Shown here one piece after another: positions 22,230-32,679 of a DNA stretch of 64,000 nt (the first letter of the stretch is position 1; each line of letters begins with the position of its first letter). The notes under the pieces are model-generated. The model made no database searches, was not told the DNA's origin, and was given only the letters and a program-made list of their open reading frames with translations. A program made the position numbers and the translations under genes. The DNA is taken from assembly GCA_963750165.1 (NCBI GenBank), contig CAVVPN010000003.1:480001-544000 (forward strand), written 5' to 3'. This DNA comes from an uncultured Gemmataceae bacterium (lineage in GTDB: Bacteria; Planctomycetota; Planctomycetia; Gemmatales; Gemmataceae).

Positions 22230-23153
22230 ATGCGTATCTTCCTGATGGGCGGCACCGGTCTGGTCGGCACGCGACTGATTCGCCGGCTGCTCGACCGCAA
22301 CGATCAGATCGTGCTGCTGACGCGGCGGCCGGAAGTGGCCCAGCAGAAGTGGGAGAACAAGTGTACCGTCGTGGCCGGCGACCCCGTGCAGCCCGGCGCC
22401 TGGCAGGACGCGGTCGCGGACTGCGACGCGGTGGTCAATCTGGTCGGCGAGGGCATCTTCAACCGTCGCTGGTCGGCCGCGTTCAAGGCGCAGCTGCGCG
22501 ACAGCCGTGTCAAGAGCACGGAACACGCGGCCCAGGCGCTGGTGCGGTCGCCGCGCACAGCGGACGGCCGGCCCCGGGTGCTGGTCAACGCCTCGGCCAT
22601 CGGCTACTACGGCCCACACGGCGACGAGGAATTGACGGAAGTGGCGCCGCCCGGTAGCGACTTCCTGGCGCAACTGTGCGTTGCCTGGGAGCAGGCGGCG
22701 CAGGCGGTGGAGGCGGCGGGCGTGCGGCTGGTGATCGTCCGCGTCGGCGTGGTGCTGGATTGCGCGGGCGGCGCACTGAAGCAGCTGCTGACGCCGTTCA
22801 AGCTGTTCGTGGGCGGCCCGGCCGGCTCGGGCAAACAGTGGATGAGCTGGATTCACCACGAGGATTTGATCGGCCTGTTCCTGCTGGGGCTGGACAATGC
22901 CGCGGCGTCCGGGCCGCTGAACGGCACGGCGCCGCGGCCGGAAACCAACAGGGCGTTCTCGAAGGCGCTGGGCCGCGCCCTGGGGCGGCCGAGTTTTCTG
23001 CCGACGCCGGGATTCGTGCTGCGCGTGCTGCTCGGCGAGGTGGCGAACGTGGTCACGAAGGGCCAGCGGGTGTTGCCGCAGAAGGCGCTGGCGCTGGGCT
23101 ACCCGTTCAAGTTCCCGGAGATCGACGTGGCACTGCAGGACGTGCTGGCGTGA
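22230..23153 (+). CDS. TIGR01777 family epimerase/oxidoreductase
   Basis: GGTGLVG, NASAIGYYG, GSGKQWMSWIH, GQRVLP. Confidence 0.92.
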   Translation: MRIFLMGGTGLVGTRLIRRLLDRNDQIVLLTRRPEVAQQKWENKCTVVAGDPVQPGAWQDAVADCDAVVNLVGEGIFNRRWSAAFKAQLRDSRVKSTEHAAQALVRSPRTADGRPRVLVNASAIGYYGPHGDEELTEVAPPGSDFLAQLCVAWEQAAQAVEAAGVRLVIVRVGVVLDCAGGALKQLLTPFKLFVGGPAGSGKQWMSWIHHEDLIGLFLLGLDNAAASGPLNGTAPRPETNRAFSKALGRALGRPSFLPTPGFVLRVLLGEVANVVTKGQRVLPQKALALGYPFKFPEIDVALQDVLA

Positions 23154-23160
23154 GGACGGC

Positions 23161-23850
23161 TCACATGCCGAGTTGGCGGGCCAGGCTGACGCAGTATTCC
23201 ACCGCGCCGCCGACGCCCTCGGTCAGCGCCTCCAGCCGGCCCACATCGCGCGCGACCCAGCCGAGCAGGGGCTGCGCGGGCTGGTCCTGGTCCGCCCGCC
23301 GGGCGGCGTGCAGCGCGAAGTAGAACGCGGACAGCGCCAGCTGCCCGGCGACGTACGGCTGCTCGCCATGGTTGATCGGCAGGGCCTGGTACAGGGCGGA
23401 ACTCACGGTGTCGATGGTCGCCGCCGACAGGCGCCGGCCATGGGCACAATCCTCGAGCAGGGGCCACACCGGGCCGGTCAGTCGCCGATGGGACGCCGAC
23501 CCAGCCTCGGCATAGCTCAGACACCACTGGGCGACGCTGAACAGTTCGGCCTGGCTCAACCGGGGCGCCCGCGGCCGCGGCGGCACTTCGCTGAAGACCG
23601 AGACGGCGATGGTGCGACGGTGGTCCACGTCCGTGAGCACCTGGCACGCCCCTTCCAGCGCCAGGCACAGCAGGTGCGGATAACCGAGGGCGCGGGTGGC
23701 GTCGCGGCGCCGGGTCAGGCCGGCGTTGCGCAGTGCTGTGACGGCCAGGTCGAACGGGCCGGCGTTCACGTCGCGGCCGCCGATCTTCTCGGCGACCATG
23801 AGCTGATCCAGAATGGTTTCCAGCGATTCGTCCACGGCCGCGGCCCTCAC
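23161..23850 (-). CDS. Hypothetical protein
   Basis: 229-aa ORF whose start overlaps the stop of the PIN fragment (GTGA). Confidence 0.55.
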   Translation of the reverse strand: MRAAAVDESLETILDQLMVAEKIGGRDVNAGPFDLAVTALRNAGLTRRRDATRALGYPHLLCLALEGACQVLTDVDHRRTIAVSVFSEVPPRPRAPRLSQAELFSVAQWCLSYAEAGSASHRRLTGPVWPLLEDCAHGRRLSAATIDTVSSALYQALPINHGEQPYVAGQLALSAFYFALHAARRADQDQPAQPLLGWVARDVGRLEALTEGVGGAVEYCVSLARQLGM

Positions 23851-24040
23851 GAGCCCGTCGCCCCGGCGCTTGCCGGCGGCTGCCAGCTGCCCAGCCAGAC
23901 GACGGCCGGGGGCAGGGTCGTTAGCTTGTCCACCAACCTTTGGTCCGCGGTGATCAATTCCACTTGCTCGCGCTGAGCCAGGGCCACGTAGCAGGCGTCG
24001 TAAGCGCTGATGTTATGGGTCAACGCCAGGGCCAGAGCCC
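23847..24040 (-). pseudogene. 5'-truncated PIN-domain (VapC-like) toxin
   Basis: RALALALTHNISAYDACYVALAQREQVELITADQRLV is a PIN C-terminal half; the N-terminus is replaced by a repeat. Confidence 0.75.
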
Positions 24041-24188
24041 GTTGTGGCCCGGTCTCCCCCGTTGTGGCCCGGTCTCCTGACCGGGCCACGGCTTTGACCG
24101 AAGGTCTCCTCTACGGAGTCACAAGCATTTGGGGAGACCTTCGGTCGGGCCGAGTGGCCTGGTCCGGAGACCAAGCCACAACAGGGCT
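24038..24188. repeat. Composite palindromic repeat with partial tandem duplication
   Basis: CCGTTGTGGCCCGGTCTCC twice in tandem; GACCGAAGGTCTCC / GGAGACCTTCGGTC; GGAGACCAAGCCACAAC. Confidence 0.8.
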
Positions 24189-24205
24189 CTTACAATCCGC
24201 AATCG

Positions 24206-25378
24206 TTAAATGCCGCCGCCACCGCTGAACTCCATCTCCACGTCGAGCGGTAGCCGGCTGTTCTGCTCGGCAAAGGCGTTCATGTCGTAGAACAGCAGGT
24301 CCACGTCGCTGCGCTGGTCGTGGACGCGGCGCGTCGCCGCCACATGCACCGGCCGCGGCCGGGCGTGGTGGATCAGATAGCCGCCGTTGCCCGCCGCATG
24401 TTCCAGTGGCTGCACCCGGCCCGATTCCGCGGTCGCTCGCGCCAGCAGCGTGTAGTCGCCCGGCGCCGCCACCTCCCACAAGTACTCCCACATCGTCCAC
24501 GAGTACGGCGCCTGCTGGCCGATCAGGTCCGCGCGCCGCCAGCTGCGGCCGTCGTCCCAGCTCAGTTCCACACGGCCCACCGCCTCCGGCCCCGCCCAGG
24601 CGACGCCGAAGATGCGGTTGCTGCCCAGGCCCAGCACCTCGCCCTCGCGCGGCCGCAATAGCTCCGACTTCACCTCCATCGGCCCGACCACCACCGTTTC
24701 GGGGCCGTGCGGGCCAGGCCGCTCCACCGTGTACTTGACCGACTGGAAGTAACCCTGGAACGGCTGGTCGAGCACGACGAGACGCTTCAGCCACTTCACC
24801 GACGCGACGCCGTACCAGCCCGGCACCAGCAGCCGCACCGGGTAACCGTGGTCCGCGTCGAGCAGTTCGCCGTTCATGCGCGTCGCCAGGATCGTGTCCG
24901 GGTCGAGCGCCTTGCCCAGCGGCAGGCTGCGCGCGAAGGCCATCGGCTCCGGATGGTCCGGCTCGGTGCCCACGTCGTAGCCCTCGAACAGCACCTCCAC
25001 GGCGCTGGCCTGCAGGCCGGCGCGCTGTAGCAGGATGCCGACCGGCACGCCGGTCCACTCCGCGTGGCCGACGGCGCCCGCGCCCCACGGCACCCCCGGC
25101 TGCCGCTGCGCCAGGAACGACCGGCCGTTGCCGGCGCACTCCACGGTGCTGAACACGGAGCGCTCCGGCAGACCGCCCAGCTCCTCCCAGGTCAGCTCGA
25201 ACGGCTGCCGCACGCAGCCCTCGACGCGCAGCCGCCACGCCGCGGCGGTCACGTCCGGCACCGGGAAGTGGTTGCGGACGAAAAAGAGGCGGTTTGGCGT
25301 CACCCAGCCGCGGACGCTCTCCAGCGGCGTCTCGCTGTTCTCCGGCTGGGCGGTCACGATCTTGCGCTGCTCGGCCAT
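24206..25378 (-). CDS. Molybdopterin-dependent sulfite oxidase family enzyme
   Basis: FFVRNH, TVECAGNGR, FARSLP, MNGELL..DHGYPVRLLVPGWYGVASVKWL. Confidence 0.92.
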   Translation of the reverse strand: MAEQRKIVTAQPENSETPLESVRGWVTPNRLFFVRNHFPVPDVTAAAWRLRVEGCVRQPFELTWEELGGLPERSVFSTVECAGNGRSFLAQRQPGVPWGAGAVGHAEWTGVPVGILLQRAGLQASAVEVLFEGYDVGTEPDHPEPMAFARSLPLGKALDPDTILATRMNGELLDADHGYPVRLLVPGWYGVASVKWLKRLVVLDQPFQGYFQSVKYTVERPGPHGPETVVVGPMEVKSELLRPREGEVLGLGSNRIFGVAWAGPEAVGRVELSWDDGRSWRRADLIGQQAPYSWTMWEYLWEVAAPGDYTLLARATAESGRVQPLEHAAGNGGYLIHHARPRPVHVAATRRVHDQRSDVDLLFYDMNAFAEQNSRLPLDVEMEFSGGGGI

Positions 25379-25388
25379 GAACGGCTCC

Positions 25389-25922
25389 TTATATTCCTGC
25401 GGCGTCGCAGAACTCCTCGATCATCAACTCCTCGCCGCGGCCGCGCTCCGTCAGCGAGTAGGTGCCCATGACCAGCAGCGGCGGCGAATAGATGTGCAAC
25501 GTCACCAGATCAGCGTCGCCGGCCTGCAGGTTGGAGACCTGGTGCAGGTCGGTGTCCTCGCTGCCGACCACGCCGCCCGGGGCCAGGTCGCGCGAGCCGA
25601 TCGCCTTGACGTGGCCGTTCGGTGCGAACTCGAACAGCGTCTCCGTCATGGTGCCGCGCAGCACACGCACGCCGCAACTGGAGCCGCGGTGGTCGTGGAT
25701 CGGCGACCGCTGACCGTTACGCCAGCACAGCACCCACAGGTTGTACCAGTCGCTGCCGCGGACCAGGTTGCGGCGATAGGACCGCTCCGAGAAGCGCACG
25801 AAAGGGGCCACCTCGCCGCTTTCCAGCCGCAGCGGCCCGAGTTCGGCCAGCAACTCCGGCAGCGGCGCGCGCCCCCGCAGCGCGTCGAGGTAGTCGAACA
25901 ACTCATTGAGTGTACGGGCCAT
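25389..25922 (-). CDS. Cysteine dioxygenase family protein
   Basis: YRRNL, LCWRNGQRSPIHDH, LHQVSN, VTLHIYSPP. Confidence 0.9.
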   Translation of the reverse strand: MARTLNELFDYLDALRGRAPLPELLAELGPLRLESGEVAPFVRFSERSYRRNLVRGSDWYNLWVLCWRNGQRSPIHDHRGSSCGVRVLRGTMTETLFEFAPNGHVKAIGSRDLAPGGVVGSEDTDLHQVSNLQAGDADLVTLHIYSPPLLVMGTYSLTERGRGEELMIEEFCDAAGI

Positions 25923-26328
25923 GATGCGGCCTCCCTCCTGCTTTTTTCCGCGACTTGCAGCGGAAAGAAAATCCGCCTCGCCCTGAGAGCGCCATTGTAT
26001 GAAGCCTCCCGGGCAAGACACAAGCCGCCTGCCATCCTGCGGCCGATCTGAGCCTGTCTCGATCCAATTTTTTCTTTTTTTCCTGTCCCCTCCCCGGCGC
26101 GGATTGCGCTTACCTGATAGACGGCCCTCGCCCTTCTGCTACGATCACCGGCCGGCCCGTCCGGATTCTCGGTCGGGGCGCTGGCCCAGGCGCCCCCGAC
26201 TTTTTCCCGCAGCCGAGCCGACCCGGCGTGCCGTCGCCCGTTCGACTTTTTGATTGCCCGATAACGGACGACCTTTTATGATTGTGAAAAGGATTAAACC
26301 TGTATTTCTCCGTCGGGTCGTCCTGCCC

Positions 26329-26899
26329 ATGTCCTCAGGATCCGTCACCCACTGGCTCGGCCAGTTGCAAGCCGGTAACCATGACGCCGCCCAGCCGCTC
26401 TGGGAGCGCTACTCCGAGCGCCTGGCGGCCCTGGCCCGCCGCCGCCTGCGCGCGCCCCCGCGGCGCCGCCGATGAGGAGGACGTGGTCCTCAGTGTCTTC
26501 GACAGTTTCTTCCGCGATGCCCGCGCCGGCGTCTTCCCGCAACTCAACGACCGCAACGACCTGTGGCGCCTGCTCGTGCTCCGCACCGCTCGCAAGGCCG
26601 TCAGCCTGGTGCGCCACGAGCGCGCCGAGAAGCGCGGCGGCGGTCGCGTCGAGAGCTGCGACGAACTGGAGCAAGTGCTCGGCGATGAGCCGTCGCCGCC
26701 CTTCGCCGCCCAGGTGGCCGAGGAGTACCGCCGTCTGCTCGCCCTGCTGCCCGACGAGGAACTCCGCCAGATCGCCGTCTGGAAAATGGAAGGCTACACC
26801 CTGGAGCAGATCGGCTTTAACCTCGATTATGAACCGCGCACCGTCAAGCGTCGGCTCCAGCTGATCCGTTGCCTGTGGAAGCAGGAGGCACCACCGTGA
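26329..26899 (+). CDS. ECF sigma factor (kinase-associated; frameshift near 26455)
   Basis: MSSGSVTHWLGQLQAGNHDAAQPLWERY, then ADEEDVVLSVFDSF, DLWRLL, EGYTLEQI..RTVKRRL. Confidence 0.85.
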
Positions 26900-28975
26900 A
26901 CGTCCTCCCCGACCTGGACTCCTGGCCACCCGAGGTGCTGCTGCACGTGGACGCGGTCTGCCTCCGCTTCGAGAAGGCCTGGCGCTGGGCCACGGCCCAA
27001 CCTGGAAACCTATCTCAGCGAGGCCGACGACACCGCTCGGCCGCTGCTGCTACAAGAACTGCTGGCCCTGGACCTGGCGTACCGCACCCGCAGTGGCCCG
27101 CCGCCGCGGCCGGAGGAGTACGTCGGCCGTTTCCCCGATCACGGGGACGTGGTGCGCTCGGCGTTCGCGGACGTCTTTCCAGACGGCCCGCTGGCCGGCG
27201 GCAGGAAGGTCGCGGGCCATGAGATCCTGGAAGAACTGGGCCGCGGCGGCATGGGGGTCGTCTACAAGGCCCGACAGCTGAAGCCGCCGCGGCGGCCGCT
27301 GGTCGCCCTCAAGATGATCCTGGCCGGCCCCCACGCCGGCCCCGCCGCCGCCGAGCGCTTCCGCCGCGAGGCCGACGCGCTGGCCCAGCTGCAGCACCCC
27401 AATGTCGTGCAAATCTACGAGGCCGGTGCCTGCGACGGCCTGCCGTACTTCACCATGGAGTACGTGACCGGCGGCACCCTGGCGGCGCGGCTGGACGGCA
27501 AGCCGCTGCTGCCGCGCGCGGCCGCCGAACTGGCCGAGACGCTGGCCCGGGCGGTCCACGCACTGCACCAGAGCAACGTGATCCACCGCGATCTGAAGCC
27601 GGCCAACATCCTGTTGACGGCGGACGGCACACCCAAGGTAGGCGACCTCGGCCTGGCCCGGCGGCTGGACAGCGCCTTCGGCGCAACGCAACTCGGCCAG
27701 GTGATCGGCACCGTGGCGTACATGGCCCCGGAGTTGGCCGACGGCCGCGGCGCCGAGGCCGGCCCGGCCACGGACATCCATGCCCTGGGCGCCATGCTCT
27801 TCGAGTTCCTGACGGGCAAGCCGCCGTTCCAGGCCGACCAGAAGTTGGCGGCGGCGCTGCAACAGTGCCTCCACCACGAGCCGGCGTTTTCACGGCAAGA
27901 CCAGCGACGCATCCCCCTGGACCTGCAACTGATCTGTCTGAAGTGCCTGGAAAAGAACCCGGCGGAGCGCTTCCGCAGCGCTGACGAGCTGGCCGACACA
28001 CTGCGACTGTTCCTGGACGACCAGCCCATCCCGCTGCGACCGCCCGGCTGTCGTGAGCGTGTCGGGCGCTGGCTGCGACGGCACCGGCTGGCGGCGGGCA
28101 TGGCGGGATTGCTGCTGCTGACAGTGGCGGTGACGGCGGGACTCGCGGCGCTGCTGCAACAGGACCGGCCCGCCGAGGAGCGGCCCGACCCGGCGCTGCT
28201 GGCGCGGCAGGACGCGGAGCATCGGTTGGCGGCGGGCGCGGCGGTCACGCTGGTCGGCGACCTGGGGCCGCCGGGGTACTTTGAGTGGGCCTGGGGCGAA
28301 CAGCAGGCCAAGGCTTCGACGACGCAGGCCCGGCCGTTCCAGGTCAGCGCCGTCGGGCTGGCCCTGGTCGAATTCCCCTACGCCGCCCGGCTGAAACATT
28401 ATCGGTTGCGGGCGGAGGTGCGGCACGACGGCAGCCCGGACAGGGGCACCGTGGGCATTTACTGCTGCCGCCAGAGCTACAACGGCCTGGTGCCGCTCAC
28501 GTCGCTGCTGTGCCTGCACTTCGCCGACAGCGGCCGACCGTTATTCGACAAGCAAGGCATCATCCTGCCGAAGCCGGCGCAGTTTGAGTTCCGTTACCTG
28601 GAGCCGCACCCGAACGGCACTTTCGACCTACCCGTTGGTCTGCGCGGGTCCAGGCCCTTTTTCGCGGCCCGGCCCAACTTCGGTGATCCGCCCGCGCCGT
28701 GGCGAAGGTTGACGCTGGAGGTGGGCCCGAAAACCGTGCGCGTGCTCTGGGCCCTGGAGCGCAACCGCCAGGAGCTGGTGACCGAGATGCCGCTGGCCGC
28801 CGCGCTCGCCGAGGCCCGAGTGGTCCAGGACGCAGTGAAGCAGGCCGACCCGAAAAAGTTGCTGGCCGGAGTGGAACTGGAAATCCCGTCCCAGGGGGGC
28901 CTGGGGCTGTTTGTCCAGGATGGCAGTGCGTCCTTCCGCCGGGTAGTGCTGGAGCCGCTGCCGGCGGGGCAATAA
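26896..28975 (+). CDS. Ser/Thr protein kinase with TM segment and DUF1080-like C-terminal domain (frameshift near 26990)
   Basis: VDAVCLRFEKAW N-terminus; GRGGMG, HRDLKPAN, DLG, GTVAYMAPE; ends GGLGLFVQDGSASFRRVVLEPL. Confidence 0.85.
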
Positions 28976-29009
28976 CGCAGCTCCGGGTTCTTCAAGTAAA
29001 GGAGAGTCC

Positions 29010-29303
29010 ATGCCGTCCATCACCCTGAACACGCCGGCGGTCACCGTCACGGAGACAGGACTGGTCATCACGGCTTCCGGCAGCACCAGCGATGTCTCGG
29101 ACCTCTCCACCGCACAGGTTGAGTGTCGGGTGGTGCTGGGCACCGAACTGGACCTGATCGCCACGGGCGTGGGAGTATCCTCCGACGGCATGGGGGGCAA
29201 CAGCTGGTCCACCGGCTTCGGCGCGGCCGAGGCGCCGTTGTTGTCCGGACTGCGCGTGACGGCGCTCCTGTTTGTGGACGGAGGCGCTGGCGGACTCGGG
29301 TGA
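29010..29303 (+). CDS. Small beta-rich hypothetical protein (paralog A)
   Basis: AAGGAG RBS; shares VECRVxLG..W..F..LRVxAxLF with the next ORF. Confidence 0.65.
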   Translation: MPSITLNTPAVTVTETGLVITASGSTSDVSDLSTAQVECRVVLGTELDLIATGVGVSSDGMGGNSWSTGFGAAEAPLLSGLRVTALLFVDGGAGGLG

Positions 29304-29353
29304 CGTGGCCGTTCCTTATCCTTGAAACGCACGCCTTTGTGGAGAAACTGACG

Positions 29354-29680
29354 ATGGCATTCACGATTGACACGGTGAACGGCTCCACAAACTTCAGCAA
29401 GCCGGTGACCGGGGCCACGCTGGCGTTTACAGGAACGGTGCCGGCGTCGCTCGGCATGGCGCCCGCCCCGGCCGTCCGGGTGGAGTGCCGCGTTCTGCTG
29501 GGCGTCGGCAACAACTGGATCAAAACCAACTGCCGGATAACCTCCGGCACCACCTGGCAGGTGACGTTCCCGGTGCTCACGCCGCCGCTGGGCGTGAACC
29601 TGCGCGTCATCGCTCATCTGTTCAACGGCACGAGTCTGGTGTCCACGGTTTGCCAATCGTTCAGCTTCGCCACCTCGTGA
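29354..29680 (+). CDS. Small beta-rich hypothetical protein (paralog B)
   Basis: GGAG RBS; VECRVLLG..WQVTF..LRVIAHLF. Confidence 0.65.
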   Translation: MAFTIDTVNGSTNFSKPVTGATLAFTGTVPASLGMAPAPAVRVECRVLLGVGNNWIKTNCRITSGTTWQVTFPVLTPPLGVNLRVIAHLFNGTSLVSTVCQSFSFATS

Positions 29681-29690
29681 CGCTGGCCGG

Positions 29691-30377
29691 TCACAACCCG
29701 TACTGGCGCACCTCAACGCGGTCGGGGTGCTGCACCAGGACGGTGTGCGCCAGGCCGACGAACACGCCGGTGCCGACCACGCCGGGGATGGCGACCACTT
29801 CGCACTCCCACTCGGTCGGCTCCTCCAGGGCGCCGATGCGCACGTCGAGGATGTGGTTGCCGTTGTCGGTCACGAAGGGCTGGCCGTCGTGCAGCCGCAG
29901 ATCCGCCGCCAGGCCCAGGGCGTGCAGCCGGCGGCGCACCAGTGGCAGGCCGAACGGCACCACCTCCACCGGCACCTTGCCGTGCGCGCCGAGTTGTGGC
30001 ACCAGCTTCTCCGGCCCCACCAGCACGACAAACTTTTTGGCCGACACGGCGACGATCTTCTCGCGCACCAGGGCGCCGCCGTAGCCCTTGATGAGGTCAC
30101 CGTGCGGGTCCACCTCATCGGCACCGTCGAAGGCGGCGTCGAGCGTGTCCACGTCATCGAGGGTGGTCAGCGGGATGCCGAGTTGCCGGGCCAGGTCGGC
30201 GGACGCCTGCGAGGTGGGCACGCCGCGCATGCGCAGCCCCGCCTGGACACGGTGACCCAGGGCGTGGATGAAGCTGGTGGCAGCCCGGCCAGTGCCGAGG
30301 CCGATGACGCCGCCGTCAGCGACCCATTGCAGGGCGTGCTCGGCGGCGCTCGGCGGTGCGGGGACGTTGGTGGACAT
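29691..30377 (-). CDS. rpiA: Ribose-5-phosphate isomerase A
   Basis: GLGTG, DGADEVD, IKGYGGALVREKIVA, TDNGNHILD. Confidence 0.95.
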   Translation of the reverse strand: MSTNVPAPPSAAEHALQWVADGGVIGLGTGRAATSFIHALGHRVQAGLRMRGVPTSQASADLARQLGIPLTTLDDVDTLDAAFDGADEVDPHGDLIKGYGGALVREKIVAVSAKKFVVLVGPEKLVPQLGAHGKVPVEVVPFGLPLVRRRLHALGLAADLRLHDGQPFVTDNGNHILDVRIGALEEPTEWECEVVAIPGVVGTGVFVGLAHTVLVQHPDRVEVRQYGL

Positions 30378-30416
30378 GAGAATCCCCCCTGGCAGATGGA
30401 ACCCTGGGCGAATTCG

Positions 30417-31070
30417 TTATACGCTGGCGTGCGGCGGTGCGCCGGGGGTCGCGGGGACATCTGTGGCTGCGGGAGCGCTCAGGGAGGAGGCGCCGGCCGG
30501 GGTGGGCGGGCGCAGGGCCAGGGCCAGGGCAACCCACGTCCAGCCGGCCAGCAGCATGTCAATGCCAACGAACAGGCCGACCACCCACAGCGAGGACTCC
30601 GGCCACTGCCGCCAGATCAGGACGCCGAGCAGGGTAGCGATGACGCCGTTGAGCAACACCCAAAGGCGGCCCGCAAACTTCTCGGTGGCGGCGGCGATGA
30701 TGCGGAACAGGCCGCCGATCACCAGCGAAATCGCGATGAACAGCGTCAGGGTGGCCAGGGACAGGAACGGTCGGTCGATGAAGACCACGCCGACGGCCAG
30801 GTACAACAGGCCGGCGATCAGGTGCAGGAAGAAGCCGCCCCACTGACGGGCCATGAAGGCGTTCACCAACTGCAACCCGGCGCCCACCATTAATAGGACG
30901 CCCATCAGTTCCACGGTCAGGACCGAGCCCAGGATCGGACTGGCGATGAAACACAGGCCCACCACTGCCAGGAGGATGCCGATAATCAGCAACACCATCC
31001 AGTTTTGCCGCAGCTGTCCGAGTTCCAGATCTTCCGGGCTGCTGGGAAGGAAGCCGCCACCCATGACCAT
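30417..31070 (-). CDS. HdeD/DUF308 family membrane protein
   Basis: Six TM segments; WPESSLWVVGLFVGIDM. Confidence 0.88.
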   Translation of the reverse strand: MVMGGGFLPSSPEDLELGQLRQNWMVLLIIGILLAVVGLCFIASPILGSVLTVELMGVLLMVGAGLQLVNAFMARQWGGFFLHLIAGLLYLAVGVVFIDRPFLSLATLTLFIAISLVIGGLFRIIAAATEKFAGRLWVLLNGVIATLLGVLIWRQWPESSLWVVGLFVGIDMLLAGWTWVALALALRPPTPAGASSLSAPAATDVPATPGAPPHASV

Positions 31071-31483
31071 GATCGCCTCGCTTTCTTGGACTTGAAGCAC
31101 CGCGGCCGCGGGCCCGCGACGGAGTTGAAAGGCTCTATGCAACAGAGTAGTCAGAAGGCCGAGATTTGCCAGTGAAAAGTCTGTGATGCCTGGGAAATGG
31201 CCGTAATCAGGACTTCTACGGCATCGAATTGGCGGTTCGTGTTTGAGTGGATGGAGAGTCTGCGCGTCCCCTGGGGCAAACAGGGGTATGTGTGAGATGA
31301 GATGAAAGCCTTCCCTGGCACCATCTAATTATACCGCTGAGAGCGCTCCCGGGGAACTGCTCCTGCGGGTGCGCCGCTCGCCGAAGCGCGGCTCGGACGA
31401 CAGAGGCCCTTGACCTGGGCCGGCGAGTTCATTCAAATAAACGACAGCGTTGGCGCATCATACCCCTTAACAGGAGGCGCGGC

Positions 31484-32059
31484 ATGGCACAGCCACCGAC
31501 GCCATCCCGGATCGGTTATCTTCAGGCCAGTGATGGCGAATTGCTGACGCGCTTCCGTGCCGGCGACGGCCAGGCCCTGGACACGCTCCTGGAACGCTAC
31601 GAGTCGATCCTGTTTCCCTTTCTGCTGGGCATTCTCAAGGACCATCACCAGGCCGAAGACGCATTGCAGGAAACCTGGTGTCGGGCGCTGCAGCACGTGG
31701 ACCGCGTTGACTGGGATCACCTGCGCGGCTGGCTGTTCACGGTCGCCTACCACGAGGCGATGCTGCTCAAGCGCCGCCAGAAGGCCCGTGTCGCTGGCGA
31801 GGAGGGCCAGGATCTGGTGGCGGACGCCACGCCGGGGCCGCCCCTGCTCGCGGAACAGCGTGAGGAGTTACAGCGACTGCGGCAGCTGATCGAACGGTTG
31901 CCGCCGGCCCAGCGCGAGGTCATCCGCCGCCGGATCTACGAGGGACAGCGCTTCCGCGACATCGCGGATGAGTTGCACTGCCCGCTGAACACTGCCCTGG
32001 CCCGTATGCACGAGGGGTTGAAACGCCTGCGCCTGCTCCTGGGAGCCGACCATGCCTGA
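31484..32059 (+). CDS. ECF RNA polymerase sigma factor
   Basis: AEDALQETW, LRGWLFTVA, LPPAQREVI, FRDIADELHCPLNTALARM. Confidence 0.92.
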   Translation: MAQPPTPSRIGYLQASDGELLTRFRAGDGQALDTLLERYESILFPFLLGILKDHHQAEDALQETWCRALQHVDRVDWDHLRGWLFTVAYHEAMLLKRRQKARVAGEEGQDLVADATPGPPLLAEQREELQRLRQLIERLPPAQREVIRRRIYEGQRFRDIADELHCPLNTALARMHEGLKRLRLLLGADHA

Positions 32060-32664
32060 CCGCCACAGCGCCCGGGACGCCGACGACCTGCTGGCCCTCC
32101 AGGCGTTGCTGTACGCCGGTGGCGCTCTGTCGGCAGGCGAGGCGCACGCCTTCGAGCAATTGCTGAGCCAGGACCAGCGCGCCGCGAAGCGCTCGGACTC
32201 GCTGCCCGTGCGGTCCACACCGCCGACCCTGACACCGACCCGGTTCCCGACCCCGCCTACCGCGGGCGGCTGCGGGCGCGCTTCGCGCCGCGGCCGCCTT
32301 TGTGGGCGTGGCTGTGCCGGCGGCGCAGTTACCCTGGTCATCCGGCGTTCTGGGGTAGCGCCGGTGCCGCCGCCGCCGCGGTGCTCGTGCTGGTCCTGCT
32401 CCGCGCCTTCTGGGCCGAGCCCAGTCCCTCGCCGTGTGCCGCCCCCGCAGCCGTACCGGTTCGGGAGGCCCAGGCGCCCCACGGCACCGAGCTGATCGAG
32501 CCGGCCGACGAGCGCGAAGAGGCCCACATCTGGGCCGAGCTACCGCACGGCGATCACCTGCTGAAAGCTCACCACGAGGAGGCGCAACGCCGCGCCCGTT
32601 CCGAACGGCTGTCGCGCCTGGAAGAGAGCCGGTTGCGGCGCAAACCCCAGCGTACCACCATTAA
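32052..32664 (+). CDS. Putative anti-sigma factor (frameshifted; end approximate)
   Basis: Overlaps the sigma stop; ALLYAGGALSAGEAHAFEQLL N-terminus, with a single TM in a shifted frame. Confidence 0.6.
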
Positions 32665-32679
32665 GCGAGGAACCCCCGG

